Below are positions 30,499-38,834 of a DNA stretch of 64,000 nt, piece by piece (the first letter of the stretch is position 1; every line of letters begins with the position of its first letter). Location of the stretch: contig SVND01000004.1 of assembly GCA_015067075.1 (NCBI GenBank), positions 2-64,001 on the forward strand, in the 5' to 3' direction. The notes beneath the pieces are model-generated. The model was not told the origin of the DNA. It worked only from the letters and a program-made list of their open reading frames with translations, and did not search any database. Both the position numbers and the translations under genes were made by a program. The DNA is from Oscillospiraceae bacterium. Its GTDB lineage: Bacteria > Bacillota > Clostridia > Oscillospirales > SIG530.

Positions 30499-33400
30499 TT
30501 ATACCTCTACGCTTCCTTCGTATACCTTCTTTGCGTCGCCTGTCATATAGACAGTTTCATCGGTATATCTTACTGTCAGCGTACCGCCGAGAAGCGTTAC
30601 CTTTATATCGGAATCCTTTTGGCAAATTCCGTTCAGGACAGCCGCAACTGCCGCCGCACAAGCACCAGTGCCGCAGGCAAGCGTTTCACCGTTGCCGCGC
30701 TCCCATACGCGCATCTTTATGGAATTCTCCCCTGTTTTCTTTACAAATTCCGTATTCACTCTTTCGGGGAACAGCGGATTTGTCTCAAACTTAGGTCCGA
30801 GCGTTTCTATGTCAAGATTGTCAACGTCGTCGCAGAAAACTACGCAATGGGGATTGCCCATGGAAACACAGGTTATGTTATAGATATTGCCGTCGATCTC
30901 AATGGGCTTATCTATTACATTTTCAAAGGGAAGCAAAATGGGAATCTGCTCAGAAGCAAGCTCCGCCTTGCCCATATCGACCTTTACACGGGAAACCTTT
31001 CCGTCCTTCGTATAAAGATGAAGCTTTTTCGGGCCGCTCATGGTGTCGATGACCATATCTGTCTTCTTAACGATATCGTTATCGTACAGATACTTCGCCA
31101 CACAGCGGATGGCATTTCCGCACATCTTGCCTTCGCTTCCATCAAGATTGAACATCTTCATTTTTGCATCAGCCGTTTCAGAGGGGCAGATAAGCACGAC
31201 ACCGTCGCCGCCGATGCTGTAATGTCTGTCGGAAAGGAGAATGCACAGCGATTCGGGCATTTTCGTTTCCTTCTGAAGATTGTCAATATAGATATTATCG
31301 TTTCCGCAGCCCTGCATCTTGATAAAATCTATCTTGAGCTTTTCCTTGCGCATATCGTTTATATCCACAAGCTCTGTGTTGATCTCGCTGTAGCGGCTCA
31401 TAAGACTTTCCGCAACGGCATTCGCCGTATCTATAGCCGTAAGGCACGGGATGCCGAGCATATTAGCCTTGCGGCGGATCTTAACGCTGTCACGGCGTGG
31501 GTCACGTCCCTTTGCAGAGGTGGAAATGATATAGTCGACCTTTCGGCTTTCCAAAAGTGTCATTGTATTATTTTGCGGATTTTCATGGATCTTGCCTACC
31601 TCGCGAGTCTTATATCCCGCTCTGCGAAGCACTTCTGCTGTACCCTTTGTTGCGTAAAGCTTAAAGCCCATATCGGCAAATTTCTTAACGATATCTGTAA
31701 TTTCAGCTTTATCGCTGTTTCTTACCGATACGAAAACGCCGCCCTTTTTGCCCATAAGGCACTTTGATGCGATAAGTCCCTTATACATGGCTTCCTGAAG
31801 GTTCTTACCGATACCGAGCACTTCGCCTGTAGACTTCATTTCGGGGCCCAGCTGTGTATCAACGTCGGTAAGCTTTTCAAAGGAGAATACGGGCACCTTG
31901 ACAGCCGTATACGGGGATGTCTTATATATACCCGAGCCAAATCCGAGGTCACGCAAACGCTCACCAAGACTTACTCTTACGGCAAGGTCACACATAGGTA
32001 CACCCGTTACCTTGGAAAGATAGGGCACCGTACGCGATGCACGGGGATTTACCTCGATAACGTAGATCTCATTATCTTTTACGATATACTGAATATTTAC
32101 AAGTCCGATCGCCTTAAGACCTGAACAAAGAGATTTCGTTATAACCTCAATCCTTGCCGCAAGCTCATCGTCCACATTCGGTGCGGGATATACTGCAATA
32201 CTGTCGCCGGAATGGATGCCTGTTCTTTCGATATGCTCCATAACGCCGGGAATAAGTATATCTGTTCCGTCGCAGATAGCGTCAACCTCTATTTCAACAC
32301 CGCTGATGTATTTGTCAATGAGAACGGGGTTTTCCTGCTTCTGACGAAGGATTATCTCCATATATTCGCGGATATCGTCTTCATTGTAGGCGATTATCAT
32401 GTTCTGACCGCCGAGAACGTATGAAGGACGCATAAGCACGGGATAGCCAAGACGCTGTGCCGCTTCAAGAGCTTCGTCGCACGTCATAACTGTGGAACCG
32501 CGAGGTCTGTTGATGGATAGAAGCTCCAAAAGCTTGTCAAAGCGCTCTCTGTCTTCAGCCATATCTATGCTGTCTGCGCTCGTTCCGATAATGGGAATGC
32601 TGTTTTTATGAAGCTGCTTCGTAAGCTTGATGGCAGTCTGTCCGCCGAAGGCAACCACAACGCCGATGGGCTTTTCAAGCTTGATTATCTCTAAAACATC
32701 TTCGGGGCAAAGGGGCTCAAAATAGAGCTTGTCCGCCGTGTCAAAGTCGGTGGAAACCGTTTCGGGGTTGTTATTTATTATAATAACCTCATAGCCCATT
32801 TTCTTAAGCGTCCATACGCAATGAACGCTGGCGTAGTCAAATTCGATACCCTGACCGATTCTGATAGGTCCTGAGCCCAAAACAACTACGCGGGGCTTTT
32901 TGACTTCGCCTGTAAGATGATGGGCTTCGTTTTCGCCGCCGTGCTCCGCTTCGCAGTAGGAAGCATAGAAATAAGGAGTTACTGCAGGGAATTCACCTGC
33001 GCAGGTGTCAACCATTTTATATATGGGAGACAAATGGTAAGGTATTTTTTCGCCGCTTATGCGCTCGATAGCCGCGTCGGAATAACCCAGCTTTTTGCAT
33101 TCGCTGTAAAGCTCGTAGGATATATTACCCTGCGCCATAAGGCGTTCATGATATGCAAGGTTTTCGAGCTTATGTAAAAACCAAGGTGTTATTTTTGTTA
33201 CATCGTATATTTCATCAATGGAAAAGCCTCTGACGATGGCTTCATATACAACGAAAAGGCGCTCGTCAGTTTTGTCGTGAAGCTTTTCACGAATTTCTTC
33301 GTCCGAAAGCTTTTTAAGCTTCGGCATATTGAGCGTGTCCAAGGATATTTCAGCGCCGCGAACTGCCTTCATAAGTGCCTGTTCAAAGCTGTCCGCAATG

Positions 33401-34551
33401 GACATGACCTCGCCCGTCGCCTTCATCTGTGTGCCAAGGTCGCGCTTAGCGTATACGAATTTATCAAAGGGCCACTTGGGGAATTTGCAAGCGATATAGT
33501 CGATAGCAGGCTCAAACGCCGCATACGTTACGCCTGTAACGGCGTTTTTGATCTCATCAAGAGTATATCCGAGAGCGATCTTCGTTGCAACCTTTGCAAT
33601 GGGATAGCCCGTTGCCTTTGATGCAAGGGCGGAAGAACGGGATACACGGGGGTTAACCTCGATTACAGCGTATTCAAGGCTGTTAGGCTTAAGAGCAAAC
33701 TGGCAGTTGCAACCGCCTTCAACGCCAAGCTCGTGGATAATATCCAAAGCCGCTGTACGAAGCATCTGATATTCTGTATCAGTAAGGGAAACTGTGGGCG
33801 CGACAACGATACTATCGCCCGTATGCACGCCGACGGGGTCTAAGTTTTCCATGGAGCAAATGGTGATAGCGTTGTCCTTGCTGTCACGCATTACTTCAAA
33901 CTCGATTTCCTTCCAGCCTGCGATGCAAAGCTCAATAAGTATCTGATTTATGGGAGATGCCGCAATACCGCCGCGGGCGATCTCTTTAAGCTCCTGTTCA
34001 TTTTCGGCAATACCGCCGCCTGTGCCGCCGAGTGTAAATGCGGGACGAACGATTACGGGATAGCCGATCTCAGCGGCAAATTCAAGAGCCGACTGAACGT
34101 CGCTTACGACCTCAGAGGGTACGCAGGGCTGATTTATCTTCTCCATCGTCTGCTTGAAGATAAGTCTGTCCTCAGCTTTATCAATAGTCTCAGGCGAAGC
34201 GCCGAGAAGCTGTATACCGTGCTTTTCCAAAAAGCCTTCCTTGGCAAGCTGCATGCAAAGAGTAAGACCTGTCTGACCGCCGAGGCCCGAAAGGATGCTG
34301 TCGGGCTTTTCCTTTTCGATAATGCGCTTTACCGTTGTAAGTGTAAGGGGTTCAATATAGATATGATCTGCCATGGCGTTGTCCGTCATGATAGTTGCAG
34401 GGTTGGAGTTTATGAGTACGACCTCAATATCGTCCTCCTTGAGGGCACGCAAAGCCTGTGTGCCGGCGTAGTCAAACTCAGCCGCCTGACCGATAACGAT
34501 AGGGCCTGAGCCGATGAGCAAAACTTTTTTGATATTACTTTTAAGCGGCAT
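30499..34551 (-). CDS. carB: carbamoyl-phosphate synthase large subunit fused in frame to diaminopimelate epimerase (CarB-DapF)
   Basis: 1350-aa ORF. Residues 1 to ~1065 are CarB: two ATP-grasp halves (GPIVIGQAAEFDYAGTQA and GPIRIGQGIEFDYASVH) and an MGS-like tail. Residues ~1070-1350 are DapF: KIDFIKMQGCGNDN, NLDGSEGKMCGNAIRC, GNPHCVVF, ERGNGETLACGTGACA. No stop codon lies between them (junction near 31345). Confidence 0.88.
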   Translation of the reverse strand: MPLKSNIKKVLLIGSGPIVIGQAAEFDYAGTQALRALKEDDIEVVLINSNPATIMTDNAMADHIYIEPLTLTTVKRIIEKEKPDSILSGLGGQTGLTLCMQLAKEGFLEKHGIQLLGASPETIDKAEDRLIFKQTMEKINQPCVPSEVVSDVQSALEFAAEIGYPVIVRPAFTLGGTGGGIAENEQELKEIARGGIAASPINQILIELCIAGWKEIEFEVMRDSKDNAITICSMENLDPVGVHTGDSIVVAPTVSLTDTEYQMLRTAALDIIHELGVEGGCNCQFALKPNSLEYAVIEVNPRVSRSSALASKATGYPIAKVATKIALGYTLDEIKNAVTGVTYAAFEPAIDYIACKFPKWPFDKFVYAKRDLGTQMKATGEVMSIADSFEQALMKAVRGAEISLDTLNMPKLKKLSDEEIREKLHDKTDERLFVVYEAIVRGFSIDEIYDVTKITPWFLHKLENLAYHERLMAQGNISYELYSECKKLGYSDAAIERISGEKIPYHLSPIYKMVDTCAGEFPAVTPYFYASYCEAEHGGENEAHHLTGEVKKPRVVVLGSGPIRIGQGIEFDYASVHCVWTLKKMGYEVIIINNNPETVSTDFDTADKLYFEPLCPEDVLEIIKLEKPIGVVVAFGGQTAIKLTKQLHKNSIPIIGTSADSIDMAEDRERFDKLLELLSINRPRGSTVMTCDEALEAAQRLGYPVLMRPSYVLGGQNMIIAYNEDDIREYMEIILRQKQENPVLIDKYISGVEIEVDAICDGTDILIPGVMEHIERTGIHSGDSIAVYPAPNVDDELAARIEVITKSLCSGLKAIGLVNIQYIVKDNEIYVIEVNPRASRTVPYLSKVTGVPMCDLAVRVSLGERLRDLGFGSGIYKTSPYTAVKVPVFSFEKLTDVDTQLGPEMKSTGEVLGIGKNLQEAMYKGLIASKCLMGKKGGVFVSVRNSDKAEITDIVKKFADMGFKLYATKGTAEVLRRAGYKTREVGKIHENPQNNTMTLLESRKVDYIISTSAKGRDPRRDSVKIRRKANMLGIPCLTAIDTANAVAESLMSRYSEINTELVDINDMRKEKLKIDFIKMQGCGNDNIYIDNLQKETKMPESLCILLSDRHYSIGGDGVVLICPSETADAKMKMFNLDGSEGKMCGNAIRCVAKYLYDNDIVKKTDMVIDTMSGPKKLHLYTKDGKVSRVKVDMGKAELASEQIPILLPFENVIDKPIEIDGNIYNITCVSMGNPHCVVFCDDVDNLDIETLGPKFETNPLFPERVNTEFVKKTGENSIKMRVWERGNGETLACGTGACAAAVAAVLNGICQKDSDIKVTLLGGTLTVRYTDETVYMTGDAKKVYEGSVEV

Positions 34552-34565
34552 TTTCGCGTACCTCC

Positions 34566-35642
34566 TTATTTATTCATCATGCTTACAAAGTCATCGAATA
34601 CGAACGACGTTTCCTTCGGACCGCTTGCCGTTGCAGGGTCAAACTGCACGGAAAAAGCAGGGATATTCTTATATTCAATGCCTTCGCACGTCAAATCGTT
34701 TACGTTGTTAAACAGCTGCTTTGCGATAAGCGGATCAATGGATGCGCCGTCAACCGCATAGCCGTGATTTTGGAGCGTTATGTATATCTTTCCGCTCTCC
34801 GTATGGCGAACCGGCTGGTTTGCACTGCGATGGCCGTACTTCATTTTAAACGTAGCAAAGCCGTGAGCCAAAGCCATGATCTGGTGACCTAAAGAGATGC
34901 CGAGCATGGGTACTCCCGCTTTTACAAGCTCCTTTACGGTAGCAATAGCTTCCTCGCTCTCGCCGGGATCGCCCGCGCCTGCCGACAGCACGATACCGTC
35001 AGGCTTTTTCGCAAGTATCTCCGCGGCAGATGTATTATATGGCATTACCCAAACGTCACATCCGCGTTCATTGAGCTTGTTTACGGCGTTTTCCGTTTCT
35101 CCAAGGTCGAGCATAACTACCGTTTTCTCCGCATTCTCCGCTTTTTTCAAAACGGGCTCTTTTACGGAAACGCTCTTTACGGCGTTTTCAATTTTATACG
35201 ATCTTATTTTATCAAAATCAAAATTCTCGCTGTACTCCGTGGTTATCATTGCGTTCATAACGCCTTCCTCGCGAATAATGCGAACAAGTGCTCTCGTGTC
35301 GATGTCGCAAATTCCGACGACGCCTTTTGCCTTCAAAAATGCATCAAGGCTTCTCGGCGCGCTTTCCTTTGACGGATCGTGGCACCATCTTCTTACGATA
35401 TATGCGCTCATGGAAACAGACTTATTCCAGACATCCTCAGCTATATCGTCATAGCTTCCGATAAGCGGAAACGCTTGAACTACCGCTTGACCGAAATAGC
35501 TGTCATCGGTAAGCGTTTCAAGATAGCCTGCCATTGTCGTTGTGAAAACGACCTCAGCTACAGCCGTACCCTCAGCGCCGAAGGATGTACCTTTAAGCAC
35601 CTTGCCGTTGGCAAGCACTAAATATGCGGGCTTTACTAACAT
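34566..35642 (-). CDS. carA: carbamoyl-phosphate synthase small subunit homologue with a substituted glutaminase triad
   Basis: 358 aa, full-length CarA layout (N-terminal LVLANG...FGAEG, QNHGYAVD). The nucleophile elbow reads GISLGHQ (Ser, codon TCT, where Cys is expected). The C-terminal motif reads FSVQFDPATASGP where F(Q)xHPEASPGP is expected. Confidence 0.85.
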   Translation of the reverse strand: MLVKPAYLVLANGKVLKGTSFGAEGTAVAEVVFTTTMAGYLETLTDDSYFGQAVVQAFPLIGSYDDIAEDVWNKSVSMSAYIVRRWCHDPSKESAPRSLDAFLKAKGVVGICDIDTRALVRIIREEGVMNAMITTEYSENFDFDKIRSYKIENAVKSVSVKEPVLKKAENAEKTVVMLDLGETENAVNKLNERGCDVWVMPYNTSAAEILAKKPDGIVLSAGAGDPGESEEAIATVKELVKAGVPMLGISLGHQIMALAHGFATFKMKYGHRSANQPVRHTESGKIYITLQNHGYAVDGASIDPLIAKQLFNNVNDLTCEGIEYKNIPAFSVQFDPATASGPKETSFVFDDFVSMMNK

Positions 35643-36023
35643 ATCCCATCTTCCTTTCGTTTCTCATCTATATATAAAAGATTATTTTAAACAAATATAT
35701 TTAATTATGAATGAAAACAAAAGCTTTGTCAAGGGTTTTTCTTAAAAAAAAGAACATATCGTAAAATAACGATACATTCTCAAATTAAATCACAAAAACA
35801 CATAGACAATATTTCATTTTTCATCATTGTAAAATCGGAAAACGAAAGAGAAAAATGCTCCGACGAAACACTTGCCGCAGAAAAAGAATTGCTTCCGCTT
35901 TTGCAAACCGACATCATATGAGCACCTCCGTTTTTGTATCCAATCTTGTGCAAATCCGCACTTTCTAATCCGATATTATACTACACTTTTTTTCTTTTGT
36001 CAACAATTTTTTTCAGCTTTTAA

Positions 36024-36060
36024 GAAAAAAACGGCAGAGAACCTTACATTCTCCGCCGTT
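36024..36060 (-). terminator. intrinsic terminator after the VanY-like gene
   Basis: Minus strand: AACGGCGGAGA, 9-nt loop, TCTCTGCCGTT, then TTTTTTT. Confidence 0.75.
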
Positions 36061-36065
36061 TTACA

Positions 36066-36819
36066 TTATTGTGCAGTTACAATCTGATACAGATACTCTT
36101 CAAGGCAAAGTCCGCTTTCGTAGATAGCCTTTGCGTTTTCAACTCCAACATAGCGGAAATGCCACGGCTCATATATTATTTTCGTTAACACCGTTTTGTT
36201 ATCGGGATAACGAAGTATAAAGCCGTATTTCCAGCTGTTTTCCGCAAGCCATTTACCCTCCGCTGTTTTCTCAAAACCGCTTGTCGTTCCCGACGGTCCG
36301 ACTATATCAATGGCAAGTCCCATCTGATGCTCGCTTGTGTTTGGTATGGCAACGGACATTGCGGCAATGGCTTTTATCTCTTCCTCCGTCTTACTCGAGC
36401 CGTATTTTGAACTCAGCTGCGAGACCTTATTTTCAAACAGCTGTACTTGCTTTTCATAGGTACGGAAGGTGCTTGTTATTTGCGGTTTAAGCCCCTTCGC
36501 CTTCATCGCGTCAAGCATTTCCCTCGCAGCTTTCGCCGCGTTTGGCTCCATTTTATAGGAGGTGTTTTTTCTTGACCACTTCAGGCGCTACGTAATCGTC
36601 AGGCAAGGGATTATCCACATTTACAAGGCGCAGATACGTATCGTCAAAATATCTGTAATTGCGCTTGTAGTAGATCTCCTGCTCCTGCACCGTTTCAGGC
36701 TGGGCGGCGCTCTCCGTTTGTGCTTTTACTTCAAAAGTGTATGTGTTCTTGGACTGTAGTGGAAGCATTGCAAGTGCAAGCACAAACACTACAGCCGTTA
36801 CAGATAATATACGTTTCAT
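36066..36819 (-). pseudogene. VanY/M15B-type D-alanyl-D-alanine carboxypeptidase, split by a frameshift in an A-run
   Basis: The upstream ORF (36553-36819) has a signal peptide and LVNVDNPLPDDYVAP. The downstream ORF (36066-36551) has SEHQMGLAIDI and EPWHFRYVG. The break is at AAGAAAAAAC (about 36564-36573); removing one A joins the frames as VVKKNTSYKMEPNAAKA. Confidence 0.8.
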
Positions 36820-36855
36820 TTGTTTTTCACTTCTGTTATTTTTTCTCGATATGTT

Positions 36856-38742
36856 TTATTCTTTTTTTGTAATTTTTATTTTTCCGTCTTCCATTGAATA
36901 CGAACATAAGTAAAGTTCTGTTTCCCATGTTACGCTATCACACACCGCATAAAAGATCACATTATCACTCGCCATCACATATACTCCGTATCCATTAACA
37001 GTAAATTCAACATGTACAGGTTTATTGCGTGCAATTATCTCGCCGTTTTTATCCATAAATACAGCTTGATGTTTAAAATAGCCTTTGTCTTCCACATAAA
37101 TGCCATCATTAAGAATAAAGCAATCCAAGTTCCTTACGTAATGGAAGCTGAAAGGAAACTCAAAAAAGACATCGCTTTTCTCATTAAAAATTTTCTCATC
37201 CAAAAGCACCGCTGTCTTTTTCTGCTCAGTAAGGTCATACAAATAAAAGGAGCTATTTTTAGCATCAAAGCATGCAATCTCTGTTTCAGAAATAAACTCT
37301 ATCTTACAGTTTTTGGAGAAAGACGCTTCAAAAATGCACTTTCCATTTCCCTTTATATCCAAAATCTGATAAGTAGTCTCATTTTGTATACTCTTCTTTT
37401 GAAGCAAGTATGAACCGCCGGGACTTAATTGTGTCACATTATTTACCGGGAAAGCATGGGGCAAATATTCCTCCCGCAATGTGTCATCATCAATATCCAG
37501 AACCTCACTTTTTTTAACGTCAAGCAATTTGATCTTTGTTTTTCCGTCAACAACGGCAGTTACAAACGCCAAATCATTCTTGTTCTCGTCGGGAGCATCA
37601 CCATTCGGTAAGTAATCCGCAACTATTGTAACAAGACCGTATTTTTCAAGAGATCTATATTGATAGGTGACAGTCGATCCATCGTCCGTATGAGTGACTG
37701 ATACATGAATTGAACGAAGAAGCTTTTTTCCGTCGGTATCACTTGTAACGATGGAAAAATCGGTCCCCTTTTCCGTTCCCAGTAAAATATTTTTTTCGTA
37801 CAGATAACCCCAAGCTATAATTTCATTTTCTAGCAGTTCTACCGCATCATATATGAATGTACCGTTTTCTCTGTTATAGATATCAAGTGTATTCCTACCA
37901 CCGTTAACGAAGAAAAAGCAGTCAGCAGTCAACGAACCGTAAAACTGAACTTGTGTCAGATTATCACATAAATACTCAATACTACTTGCTACATTCGTGT
38001 TATCCGACAGCTTGCAGATATCCAACGTATAGTCTTCATTTTGAATAACAACTAACTTGCCATCTGAGGTAATACCGTTTGTCTCACTAAACGGATACAC
38101 ATCGGTATAGCGGACGAAAGAAAACAATTCTTCTTGCTTATTCAGCAACTGCTCATTGGACATTTCAGAAAAGATAGAACTAACAATAAGCCCTATGGTT
38201 GACAATCCTACTATTGCACCAATCACGACAGCGAGTACAACGCAAAGAATCAACCGTTTTGAAGATTTTTTTGCAGATGTTTTGCTTTCAATCGGCTTAA
38301 TCTCCGGTTTTGGATTTGGCTTTGACGCTGAAGCCGAAGTCGTTATTCCGAGCAAGCTTACCATATGCTCAGACAACTGAAACAGCGCTTTGTCCATCGA
38401 CTGTGTCGCGGCATCATGCCAATGATAAGGCATCAGATAAAAACTCATTTGATTATTCATCTGTGTATCGTCAATACGAAACGGTACTATATTGCATCGG
38501 CAGTCTACAGCATTTGTTATCTCTGAAAGAACATGGGGAGAACTGTTGGAATCCTTTGAAAAAATAATGATAAACGCCTTAGCCTTATGTATGGCATCAA
38601 TGATAGAGTCCGCCCAAACTTCACCGCTTTTAATATTTCGTTTGGCATACCAGCATCTGATCCCTTTGCTTTCCAAATGCTCACAAATCTTTTTTGCCAC
38701 ATCAATATCAGCGTGAGAATAGCTTATAAATACATCATGCAT
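36856..38742 (-). CDS. TIR domain, single TM helix and a large beta-rich C-terminal domain of unknown family
   Basis: 628 aa from ATG 38742, with GAGGGA 5-6 nt upstream. TIR signature DVFISYSHADIDVAKKICEHLESKGIRCWYAKRNIKSGEVWADSIIDAIHKAKAFIIIFSKDSNSSPHVLSEITNAV..IVPFRID. K/P/S linker, TM LILCVVLAVVIGAIVGLSTIGLIVSSIF, then about 420 aa unassigned. AT-rich gene. Confidence 0.8.
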   Translation of the reverse strand: MHDVFISYSHADIDVAKKICEHLESKGIRCWYAKRNIKSGEVWADSIIDAIHKAKAFIIIFSKDSNSSPHVLSEITNAVDCRCNIVPFRIDDTQMNNQMSFYLMPYHWHDAATQSMDKALFQLSEHMVSLLGITTSASASKPNPKPEIKPIESKTSAKKSSKRLILCVVLAVVIGAIVGLSTIGLIVSSIFSEMSNEQLLNKQEELFSFVRYTDVYPFSETNGITSDGKLVVIQNEDYTLDICKLSDNTNVASSIEYLCDNLTQVQFYGSLTADCFFFVNGGRNTLDIYNRENGTFIYDAVELLENEIIAWGYLYEKNILLGTEKGTDFSIVTSDTDGKKLLRSIHVSVTHTDDGSTVTYQYRSLEKYGLVTIVADYLPNGDAPDENKNDLAFVTAVVDGKTKIKLLDVKKSEVLDIDDDTLREEYLPHAFPVNNVTQLSPGGSYLLQKKSIQNETTYQILDIKGNGKCIFEASFSKNCKIEFISETEIACFDAKNSSFYLYDLTEQKKTAVLLDEKIFNEKSDVFFEFPFSFHYVRNLDCFILNDGIYVEDKGYFKHQAVFMDKNGEIIARNKPVHVEFTVNGYGVYVMASDNVIFYAVCDSVTWETELYLCSYSMEDGKIKITKKE

Positions 38743-38834
38743 TTTACGTCCCTCTCTTTTAAGACAATCATTTTTTCGCTTAAATCGGTGGTTTCGCATA
38801 GTTCTTACTAAGTTCAGCACTAAGTAAATATCAT

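Noticed and set aside
30487-31767. A 426-aa plus-strand ORF antisense to the carB-dapF gene.
   Set aside because: It is a shadow ORF. It lies entirely opposite a gene with unmistakable CarB/DapF motifs. Its translation is low-complexity (Cys/Leu/Arg/His-rich) with no motif or RBS.
35824-35916. A 30-codon sORF (MMSVCKSGSNSFLRQVFRRSIFLFRFPILQ) with a GGAGGTG RBS upstream of carA. I considered it as a leader peptide or attenuator.
   Set aside because: I saw no run of regulatory codons (Arg or pyrimidine-related), no alternative terminator/antiterminator pairing, and no PyrR-box-like sequence. It is too weak to call.
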